Part shown: positions 40,205 to 47,468 of the stretch, one piece after another | Numbering within the stretch: position 1 is the stretch's first letter | Layout of the letters: each line of letters starts with the position of its first letter | NCBI GenBank assembly: GCA_050745645.1 | Contig: JBOGJZ010000221.1 | Location: 1-50,200, forward strand | DNA length: 50,200 nucleotides | Origin: Terriglobia bacterium | GTDB taxonomy: Bacteria > Acidobacteriota > Terriglobia > UBA7540 | Reading direction: 5' to 3' | The notes under the pieces: generated by a model | What the model was told of the DNA's origin: nothing | Databases searched by the model: none | The model's input: the letters and a program-made list of their open reading frames with translations, nothing else | Translations under genes and position numbers: made by a program

Positions 40205-41374
40205 TCAGCCCTTCCGGCCGTAGTATCCGTCACGGTATACCAGCTTATACTTCACCTGCTTGCCATTTTTGTTCACAATCCGCAACGGATTTCCCTGCTC
40301 ATCCACCAACTCTACTCGAAGCTTGTGGTATTTGTTATTAGCATTGGGATCCGCGGGATTGAAACCCAGGCTATATTCCGTTCTCAACTGCGCTGCTATT
40401 TGATGATAAATGTCCGGCAGTTCTCCCTCGAAGCGCGGGAAATAAGCTTGACCGCCCGAATACTTTGCGATGTAGTCCAACCCGTTGCGCGCTTGCCAAT
40501 AATCGATGTTCTCTCCGCCTGGCATTCTTACCGCTAACCATTCCAGGATGCTCACAGGATAAATCGGCGTTGTCGAGGCCTTCGCAATCTTGAGCATCTG
40601 ACTATAGTTCAGCTTGCTGAACGTATCAAAACCACTGCAAATGGCCACGATGGCCTTCCGGCCTTGAATATGGCTCATGCGGTTGATTAAGAACGCCAGC
40701 GCGTCATACAGGTTGTCCTCGGAGAAGGTAGGAAATTGTAACTGGTTGAGGGCGCCTTCCACCTCCTGGCGGTTCTGCGTGAAATCTGTCAGGATATGCG
40801 GCTGCATGTCAAAAGACACGGCCGCCACCCAGTCGCCAGGCTTCATGATATTTACGAAGGTGTAAGCCTCTTCGAGCGCCTGGTAAAGTAAGGGCCAATA
40901 CTCGTTGCTGAACTCGACAAGAAGCGCTACCGTGAGCGGGGCCTGAATCGACCCAAAGTTGGTGACACTCTGCTGAACGCCATCATCGTACACCCGAAAA
41001 TTTGACTTTTGCAGGTTTGTGATTGGGTCGCCGCTTGCGTCTTCGACCAGGACGTTGAGGTTCACCAGGTTGGTCGAAGTAGAAAGCGTATAGATTTGTT
41101 TCGGGTTTATCTTTTCAGGCTTATTTTGTTGGGGGAGCGGAGCCGATGGAGTCTGAGCGGGCGGCGTTACGGTCTCCCCGGGCTGTTGCTGGGGTCCCTG
41201 TTGCCCCTTGTGTTTGGGAACAATCACGGTCTCGCCGGGCTGTTGGGTTGGGCCCTGCGAAGATTGCGGAGCTGAGTAAGCGCGTGGAACGCCGTACCAG
41301 GCTATGAGAATAGCAACTCCGGCGATAAGCCGGCAAACGTTTTGCCATCTTGCGGATGCCATGCTCGCCTGCAT
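40205..41374 (-). CDS. Secreted VWA-domain protein (Acidobacteria-type)
   Basis: Signal peptide, Q/P-rich linker, TNLVNLNVLV..G.PITNL.KSNF, LYDAL, GRKAIV, SGGQAYFP, LRTEYSLGF, YRDGYY. Start uncertain (41374 or 41362). Confidence 0.85.
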   Translation of the reverse strand: MQASMASARWQNVCRLIAGVAILIAWYGVPRAYSAPQSSQGPTQQPGETVIVPKHKGQQGPQQQPGETVTPPAQTPSAPLPQQNKPEKINPKQIYTLSTSTNLVNLNVLVEDASGDPITNLQKSNFRVYDDGVQQSVTNFGSIQAPLTVALLVEFSNEYWPLLYQALEEAYTFVNIMKPGDWVAAVSFDMQPHILTDFTQNRQEVEGALNQLQFPTFSEDNLYDALAFLINRMSHIQGRKAIVAICSGFDTFSKLNYSQMLKIAKASTTPIYPVSILEWLAVRMPGGENIDYWQARNGLDYIAKYSGGQAYFPRFEGELPDIYHQIAAQLRTEYSLGFNPADPNANNKYHKLRVELVDEQGNPLRIVNKNGKQVKYKLVYRDGYYGRKG

Positions 41375-41665
41375 CTCCCTGCCTGCATTTTGTATGATGC
41401 CACTGCACCCCGGTGCGGTCAACCATCCCCCCAAGAAATAGCAGTCAAGTTTAAAGCGCATTCTGCCGAAGGATGCCATGAGGAGGCGGCTTAGTGTAGC
41501 GCAGCCTCAGAGAACCGGCTGATCCGTTGTTAATGGGACGGACGGAGCACATGGCCGGACGGTGAGATCAGCAGGTCTAAAGATTTAGCGCCTGCGCCAA
41601 CTCGCCGGCAGCAGTTACAGAAAGAGATGGCCCGATAACCGGTATGCCGGCTCTAAACGGGCCTT

Positions 41666-41725
41666 ATATTAAATTTGGTTAATATCTATAAAATGACTTG
41701 ACAGATTGAGATAATCTGGTATTCT
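41666..41725 (+). promoter_or_regulatory. Sigma70 promoter TTGACA-N16-TATTCT (extended -10 TG) with two palindromic operator candidates
   Basis: -35 at 41698-41703, -10 at 41720-41725; ATATTAA-N6-TTAATAT at 41666-41685; CAGATT-N5-AATCTG at 41702-41718. Confidence 0.7.
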
Positions 41726-41779
41726 CAGAAGGCATAAACGGGAAGTGTCCAGTAGGCAGCTTAGCTCCCGTTTCAAATC

Positions 41780-41840
41780 TTAGGCTCTACCTCCAGCGGG
41801 TCGTATTCGATCCGAATTTCACCCTTGGAGGGGAGTCTAA
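41780..41840 (+). promoter_or_regulatory. 5'-UTR hairpin sequestering the RBS and the A of the ATG of the peptide precursor
   Basis: TTAGGCTCT-a-CCTCCAG-c-GGGT pairs with ACCC-TTGGAGG-GGAGTCTAA (about 20 bp, two single-nt bulges); apical ATTCG/CGAAT stem. Confidence 0.6.
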
Positions 41841-42271
41841 TGAAAAAGCAAGCGGTTTCAGTTTTTTTTGCTGTTCTTATCGTATTGGCAAGCGTCAGTC
41901 TTCGCAAAGCATTAGCTAACGCAGCAAGCGCTGCAAGTCCATGGCAGAACACAAACCTCAACACGACGTTCCAGTCTTCGACGGCGCAGGCAGTACACTT
42001 CGGCTCCGCGCCAGTACCCGCATCGCCGAATCATCGCACAGTGGCCATGGGTTCTTCGCCGGTTCCGATACCGCCGTACCGCACAGTGGCCATGGGTTCT
42101 TCGCCGGTGCCGATACCGCCGTACCGCATGGTCGCAATGGGTTCTTCGCCGGTTCCGATACCGCCGTACCGCACAGTGGCAATGGGTTCCTCACCGGTTC
42201 CGATACCGCCGTATCGCACAGTCGCCATGGGTTCTTCGCCGGTGCCGATACCGCCGTATCGCAGGGCCTAG
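41840..42271 (+). CDS. Secreted multi-core peptide precursor (signal peptide, one degenerate core and 5 x RTVAMGSSPVPIPPY)
   Basis: RBS GGAGGGG; MKKQAVSVFFAVLIVLASVSL..ALANAASAA signal; five 15-aa repeats with mostly synonymous differences. Confidence 0.85.
   Translation: MKKQAVSVFFAVLIVLASVSLRKALANAASAASPWQNTNLNTTFQSSTAQAVHFGSAPVPASPNHRTVAMGSSPVPIPPYRTVAMGSSPVPIPPYRMVAMGSSPVPIPPYRTVAMGSSPVPIPPYRTVAMGSSPVPIPPYRRA
42035..42259 (+). repeat. Five contiguous 45-bp in-frame tandem repeats
   Basis: Units start at 42035, 42080, 42125, 42170 and 42215; consensus CGCACAGTGGCCATGGGTTCTTCGCCGGTTCCGATACCGCCGTAC; no spacers. Confidence 0.97.
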
Positions 42272-42377
42272 TTGCTAGGGGTAGTGCCGCGGCAGATATT
42301 AATTGGGCGATTGCCGCGGTAGGGGTTGCGCAGCCGCTACGAGTGTGTCAGACTCTATCTCACTCGGAGGGCTGTTC

Positions 42378-43130
42378 ATGATACAGCAGTTCGCCCAGTG
42401 GGTAATCCAATACGCCGGTTACTTGTTGGAGATCGTGCTGCTCGGCGCCCTCTTCCGCTCTCAGGTACGCAAGCGGAACATCCCGCTGATCGCGTACGTG
42501 ATCTCATTTTTCGTAATGGACGCTGTGGCGCGTCCGTATGCGCTCTATCATTTCGGCTTAAACTCCAAACAGTACGCTGACTGCTATTGGATAACAGACG
42601 TACTCCTCGTGCTGGCAGCCTTCCTCCTGATCTGCTTTCTCTTCCGGCGGGCAAGCAAGGGCAATGAAGAGTTGTGGTCTTATCTTCGGATGATGCTGCC
42701 TGCTGTATTCGTCGTCACGGCCTTTATCTCGGCTTATTCGCTATCTCTTCATTATGACCACCTCTTTACGCGCTTTATCGTGGGTTTGCAGCAGAACCTT
42801 TTCTTTGCTTGCCTGATATTGAATACTTTGCTTTACGTGATGCTGCAGTACCTGGAAAATCCAGACGAAGAGTTGAACCTTGTGGTCTGCGGCATGGGAA
42901 TTGCGCTCGCCGGTCCCGCGGCGGGACTGGCGCTGATGTATCTGACTCCAGGCGGCCAGGACGCCGGCGTGCTGTATGGCTTGGTGACGCCATTTTGCAA
43001 CCTCGGAGTGTTTGCGTTGTGGCTGTTCGCGGTGACGCGGCCCGCTTCGGCGCAACGGGTTTTTTCCCCAGAAAACGACCGCGTGAGAACGCCTGCGTTT
43101 GCGGAAATTCCACTACAAGGAATCCGGTGA
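42378..43130 (+). CDS. Hypothetical 7-TM integral membrane protein (candidate peptide receptor or processor)
   Basis: ATG after GGAGG; seven hydrophobic segments by eye and a polar C-tail; no enzyme motif recognised. Confidence 0.8.
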   Translation: MIQQFAQWVIQYAGYLLEIVLLGALFRSQVRKRNIPLIAYVISFFVMDAVARPYALYHFGLNSKQYADCYWITDVLLVLAAFLLICFLFRRASKGNEELWSYLRMMLPAVFVVTAFISAYSLSLHYDHLFTRFIVGLQQNLFFACLILNTLLYVMLQYLENPDEELNLVVCGMGIALAGPAAGLALMYLTPGGQDAGVLYGLVTPFCNLGVFALWLFAVTRPASAQRVFSPENDRVRTPAFAEIPLQGIR

Positions 43131-43138
43131 GGTAGCGT

Positions 43139-43615
43139 ATGTTCGAAGCGACTTTGATTCTGATTATGTCAGCCGCATTGCTGCTCTTCTATTTGCAGAC
43201 GGCGTGTCAGAAGATATTGCGGCGGCGGGCGCATCAGGAGTTCTATCACTCCATTGTCAACGCAAATCGCCTGGAGTTTCCGTTCGTGCGGAGCGCCATT
43301 CAGGACTTTGACGCGCCGCTGGACTATACCCGGTTCCGAATGCAGTTGAAATGCGATTTTCTGGCGCTTACCTATTTGCTGAAGAACGCAGTGAACTCCA
43401 GCCAGCGCCTCTCCAAAGATGAAAAGCTTCTCGCGCTTTACTTCCGGGCGCTGTTCTTTATGCTCGGAGTTTTTCATCTCGGTGGAGTAGGCGAGAAGGT
43501 ATTCATGATCAAGCTGACGTCTATCCTTCAATATTTCGGGAACGTATTGGGAGAGCGTGTAAGCCAGATTCGCTTCGGCAATATGACGGCTTCGGAGTAT
43601 CTGCTGAGCCTGTAA
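43139..43615 (+). CDS. Hypothetical protein with an N-terminal TM anchor and helical body
   Basis: 8 nt after the 7-TM stop, RBS GAGGT; LILIMSAALLLFYL anchor; second hydrophobic stretch LLALYFRALFFMLGVF. Confidence 0.8.
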   Translation: MFEATLILIMSAALLLFYLQTACQKILRRRAHQEFYHSIVNANRLEFPFVRSAIQDFDAPLDYTRFRMQLKCDFLALTYLLKNAVNSSQRLSKDEKLLALYFRALFFMLGVFHLGGVGEKVFMIKLTSILQYFGNVLGERVSQIRFGNMTASEYLLSL

Positions 43616-43722
43616 GTTCTAACCCACCCTGCTGGCCGCCGGCGCCCTTAATGAGGGGGCGCCTTACCCAAACACTAAAGAAGCATTTCGGATGTTATCT
43701 TGAGCCGGTTTGCTCTATTGTT

Positions 43723-43928
43723 GTCATTCTGAGCCCCTTCGCTCCGCTCCGGGCAGGCTCTTCGTCTGTCATCCTGAGCGAAGCGAAGGATCTATATTTT
43801 CTATTTTCCGTGCGGCAAGCAGATGCCTCACGAAACCTGCACTGAGCTTGCAGAGATCCTGCGCTCCGCTCAGAATGACCCGTGAAGGAGCTCAGAGCGA
43901 TTCGAATAGGGACGAACCGGCTCAGGGA
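43723..43928. repeat. Nested GTCATTCTGAGC-family element
   Basis: GTCATTCTGAGC[CCCTTCGCTCCGCTCCGGGCAGGCTC]...GTCATCCTGAGCGAAGCGAAGGATCT...GCTCAGAATGAC. Confidence 0.8.
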
Positions 43929-43956
43929 GAATCACAGCATCGCCGTTGCAGCGGGC

Positions 43957-44694
43957 TTAATTGATCCAGCGGTCCGGGTCGTTCTTTTTATCCTGCTTCC
44001 GCATGTAGACTTCAAATTGCTTCCGCCGCCTGGCTCGCCTCCATTGGTCGTAGCGCTGAGACACGCTCAGTGAAGAGATGTGGCTTTTGTAATGAAGAAG
44101 GTACAAGGCCCCAAACAGCAGCCCGCCCAAATGCGCCACGTGGCTAACGCCTGAGCTGCCCTGACCAAAGACGCTAAGGAGTTCGATGACGCCGATGATT
44201 GCTACGAACCACTTGGCCTTAATGGGAATCAGGAAATACATATAAATGGGCCGATTCGGGAAAAGTGCGCCGTAGGCCAGCATCAGCCCGAAGAGCGCCC
44301 CTGAGCACCCAATCGTTACTACAGGACTGTTTGGGCGAAGCACGACGTCGACGAGCCCTGCGCCTATTCCCGTGAAGAAATAGAAAAAGAGGAACTGTTT
44401 TCCGCCCCAGAGGCTTTCCAGATCGGGGCCAAACATCCAAAGCACGAACAGGTTGAAAATGATATGAAAGAAACCCGCGTGCAAAAACAGATAGGTTGCA
44501 AGCTGCCAGATGAATAAATCATGGGTTACGGCGTACGGCTGAAGGCCGAATAAAGCATAGGGGTAGGCCCAGCCAAAAATTTGCAGCGGAAAATAGGTGA
44601 GTACGAAGGCTGCCCCGGTGACGATGAGCAACCACTTCACCTTTGGAGTCAGCGGGGGCCCAAACGAGATGTTATAACCGCGATTATAAGCCAT
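43957..44694 (-). CDS. Rhomboid family intramembrane serine protease
   Basis: WQLATYLFLHAGFFHIIFN, catalytic GCSG and AHLGG motifs. Confidence 0.92.
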   Translation of the reverse strand: MAYNRGYNISFGPPLTPKVKWLLIVTGAAFVLTYFPLQIFGWAYPYALFGLQPYAVTHDLFIWQLATYLFLHAGFFHIIFNLFVLWMFGPDLESLWGGKQFLFFYFFTGIGAGLVDVVLRPNSPVVTIGCSGALFGLMLAYGALFPNRPIYMYFLIPIKAKWFVAIIGVIELLSVFGQGSSGVSHVAHLGGLLFGALYLLHYKSHISSLSVSQRYDQWRRARRRKQFEVYMRKQDKKNDPDRWIN

Positions 44695-44752
44695 TATGTT
44701 GAGAGTATCACAACATCGTTTCTTGCTATGTATCTCTCATCTGTCCCGTCAT

Positions 44753-44933
44753 GGCTCTGTCAAAGTCGGGAACCATTCGCCCTGCAAACCCTTCTCTTGT
44801 AGCGCAGGACTCACTTTTCAGCCCCTTCGCTACGCTCAGGGCAGGCTCTGCGGCGTTTCATCCGGCAGAAAAACCGCATCGTTATGAGGCGAACGCTGCG
44901 CACCAAGAGGATCAGCCGTGACTTTGACGGACC
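44753..44933. mobile_element. MITE-like element, copy 2 (with a nested CCCTTCGCTACGCTCAGGGCAGGCTC module)
   Basis: TIRs GGCTCTGTCAAAGTC / GACTTTGACGGACC; shares CATTCGCCCTGCAA, TTGTAGCGCAGG, AAAAACCGCATCGTTA and GGCGAACGCTG with copy 1. Confidence 0.7.
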
Positions 44934-45010
44934 TCACACATTCCGCTACGCGGGCCTTTTTCCCGCACGAGCGGGGAGGAGCTGGAGTGAGAGGGCGGCA
45001 TGGCTGGCTA

Positions 45011-45883
45011 TCAGGCCACATGGCCCATCTTGCCCGACCGGTAGTCGTCAACGGCTTGCTGCAGTTCTTCGCGCGTATTCATCACAAAGGGGCCGTAGCT
45101 TGCTACTGGCTCGTCAATGGGTTCACCACTCAGGGCAAGAAGGGTAGTCTCTTCTTTTGCTTCAAGCAGCACGCGCTCTCCGGCCGGACTAAGAAGCGCA
45201 AGCTGAGCTTTTCCCTTGAGCGGTTGTGAGGCATTCATCACGACGTCGCCCCTCAGCAGGACAAGTCCTGAATTGTGGCCGGACGGCAGGTTCAACTCCA
45301 CGCGGTCTCCCGCACTCAGGCGCACGTCGAACAAATTAAGAGGCGTTACGGTGTGAGCAGGCCCCTTAATGCCATTCAACTCGCCGGCGATGATCCTCGC
45401 GTAAGCGTGCGGTCCGAGTTTAACGGTGGGGATTTGCTCCTTCAGTATGGCCTGGTAGCGCGGCCGGGACATCTTGTAGGCCCTGGGAAGGTTCACCCAA
45501 AGCTGGATCATCTCGAACATACCACCCTGCTTGGCGAATTCGCGTTCGTGCTGCTCCTCGTGCACTACGCCGGATGCGGCGGTCATCCATTGCACGTCTC
45601 CGGGGCGGATTGTGCCGGAATTCCCGGCTGAGTCTCTGTGCTCCACAGCTCCCTGATAGGCAATCGTCACTGTTTCGAAGCCGCGATGCGGGTGTTCTCC
45701 CACGCCGTGAGGGAGATCGGAAGGTTTGAAATCAGTCGGCCCAGCGTAGTCCAGCATCAGGAATGGATCGATTTCTTTCTCGACTCCATTGGACGGAAAC
45801 AGATTCCGCACGTGAAAACCATCGCCGACCCAGTGGGTTGAGCCTGGTTCGTATATCCCAAGTACTTTCTTTAATTCTGCCAT
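45011..45883 (-). CDS. Pirin family protein
   Basis: DPFLMLD, HPHRGFETVT, GDVQWMTAASGVVHEE, QLWVNLP, GPFVMNT; ATG after AAGGAG. Confidence 0.95.
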   Translation of the reverse strand: MAELKKVLGIYEPGSTHWVGDGFHVRNLFPSNGVEKEIDPFLMLDYAGPTDFKPSDLPHGVGEHPHRGFETVTIAYQGAVEHRDSAGNSGTIRPGDVQWMTAASGVVHEEQHEREFAKQGGMFEMIQLWVNLPRAYKMSRPRYQAILKEQIPTVKLGPHAYARIIAGELNGIKGPAHTVTPLNLFDVRLSAGDRVELNLPSGHNSGLVLLRGDVVMNASQPLKGKAQLALLSPAGERVLLEAKEETTLLALSGEPIDEPVASYGPFVMNTREELQQAVDDYRSGKMGHVA

Positions 45884-45896
45884 GTTCGTCTCCTTA

Positions 45897-46409
45897 TCAA
45901 ATCTTTGGGCGCCGATGGCTGCCCGCGACAGCATCCATTCGATGCTCTTTCAAGAGTTCCTCCGCGCCGCGCCCCAACTTGCGCAGCAAACCGGTCAGCT
46001 CAAGGCGCTCCTCGAGATGAAGGGCCACTACCGCTCGCTCCATAGCCCGCTCGTGGTCCGCAAACGCCTTGCGGATCACTCTTCGGCCCTGACTTGTCAG
46101 GTGGACGATGCGGGCGCGCCTGTCATTGGCGTCGCCGCGGCGCTGGACAAGCCCCCGCCGCTCCAGCCGGTCGACCGCCGTGGTGATCGAGCCGCTGGTG
46201 AGAAGGACCTTCGCTCCGAGTACGTTGACCGGGAGGGGTCCCTTGTTCAGGAGGGCCTCCAGCACTCCAAAATCGCTCAGGCACATGCCCAGCGCTTCAA
46301 TGCTCCGGTGAGAATGGGCTTCGAGAGCTCGGGCAGCCTTCCATAACACTAGCCACAGGTGAATTCCGGCGGCGCCTGATTTAGAATCCGGGCGGGTTCG
46401 TCTTTTCAT
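45897..46409 (-). CDS. MarR family transcriptional regulator (MhqR-like)
   Basis: SDFGVLEALLNKGPLPV...VLLTSGSITTAVDRLE...DRRARIVHLT. Confidence 0.9.
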   Translation of the reverse strand: MKRRTRPDSKSGAAGIHLWLVLWKAARALEAHSHRSIEALGMCLSDFGVLEALLNKGPLPVNVLGAKVLLTSGSITTAVDRLERRGLVQRRGDANDRRARIVHLTSQGRRVIRKAFADHERAMERAVVALHLEERLELTGLLRKLGRGAEELLKEHRMDAVAGSHRRPKI

Positions 46410-46429
46410 AGCGGACTGCAGGCTTTTCC

Positions 46430-46813
46430 CTACCAACGGAACGGCCACGGGGTGGGGATTGCCAGGAACATGAGAAGAGCGCCGAGCAGCGCCATGTTCT
46501 TCATAAAATTGATCTTCTCCATGGCGCGCGCCTGTGGTTCTTGAATCTTCCAGAATGCGTGCATCTGGGGCGAAGCGCCCAGCAGGAAAATGATGAGCAA
46601 AATGACGCCGGCGAGAGGAAGAACGCCCAGGAACATGCTTAACCCGCCCAGGAGAAGCAAAACTCCGGTTCCCGCCACGGCAGCCTTAGGAGCCGGCGCG
46701 CCTTTGCTCTTTACATATCCGCTCATGTAATTTAGATTCTTGAAGTGGTTAATCCCTGCGGAAATAAAGTACCCGCCGAAGATAAGCCTTCCAATGAGGA
46801 ACGCGATGTTCAT
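46430..46813 (-). CDS. DoxX family membrane protein
   Basis: LIGRLIFGGYFISAGINH, HAFW, FMKNMALLGALL; ATG after AAAGGAG. Confidence 0.9.
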   Translation of the reverse strand: MNIAFLIGRLIFGGYFISAGINHFKNLNYMSGYVKSKGAPAPKAAVAGTGVLLLLGGLSMFLGVLPLAGVILLIIFLLGASPQMHAFWKIQEPQARAMEKINFMKNMALLGALLMFLAIPTPWPFRW

Positions 46814-46904
46814 AAAATCTCCTTTGTTTGCTTCATTTGGATAATCCTGGTTCGCCTGCGCTAATGTCTCAGAATCCGGCTGCGCTGTCTACCTCAGCCG
46901 CCTG

Positions 46905-46934
46905 CCTTGAGATAGAGATGCTTGATATCAAGTA
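46905..46934. promoter_or_regulatory. Putative MarR operator(s)
   Basis: Perfect 12-bp palindrome CTTGATATCAAG (46921-46932) beside a related half-degenerate site CTTGAGATAGAG, upstream of doxX-marR-pirin. Confidence 0.6.
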
Positions 46935-47024
46935 AAGTTACAGCGCACGAGCGTTGGGCGAGCCGGGCGACCGCCCGGTGATGAAAAGCAGGCCGGAAAA
47001 ACGCACAAGGGCAGAGCCGGGAGG

Positions 47025-47370
47025 TTGCTGAAAAAGCCGGCGATGTCATGCTGAGCCGATTCGATCCTATCACTGTCATTCTGAGCGAAGCGAAGAATCG
47101 CACGGTAAACTCCGCGAAGCATTTGCTTGTTGTGCTGAAGCGGAAGAGCTTAGATTCTTCGCTGCGCTCTCTCGAAAGTCATTCATACCCCGTCATTCCC
47201 GCGTAAGCGGGAATCCAGGATGTTTCGTGCCGGTTTGGACCCCCGCTCCCCCGCCTTCGCGGAGGACACGCTTCGCGGGGGTGACAGGGCATGGCGACTT
47301 TCATCTACATGGGTGAGCCGAAGGCTCATGGGGCATTCAGAATGACATGCTCTAAGCTCTTTTTCAGCAA
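47025..47370. repeat. Large composite palindromic element (several families nested)
   Basis: Outer TTGCTGAAAAAG / CTTTTTCAGCAA; inside are GTCATTCTGAGCGAAGCGAAGAAT, GTCATTCCCGCGTAAGCGGGAATCC and CCCGCCTTCGCGG modules. Confidence 0.8.
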
Positions 47371-47468
47371 GTTGCCAGAAGGCGGAGGTTTTGCACTGCC
47401 CGCTACCAGATTGTTTGGCCGCTTGCGTTTGACCCATCATTATCCCAATAATGGGACTGGGAACCGCT

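Noticed and set aside
42035..42259. Possible CRISPR array
   Set aside because: The 45-bp units are contiguous with no unique spacers, stay in frame and vary at third codon positions; no cas genes are in the window.
41941..42381. Alternative-frame and antisense repeat ORFs (41941-42381 +, 41958-42194 -, 42031-42228 -)
   Set aside because: They lack an RBS and signal peptide. The synonymous pattern and promoter fit the 41840 frame; the others are by-products of the repeat.
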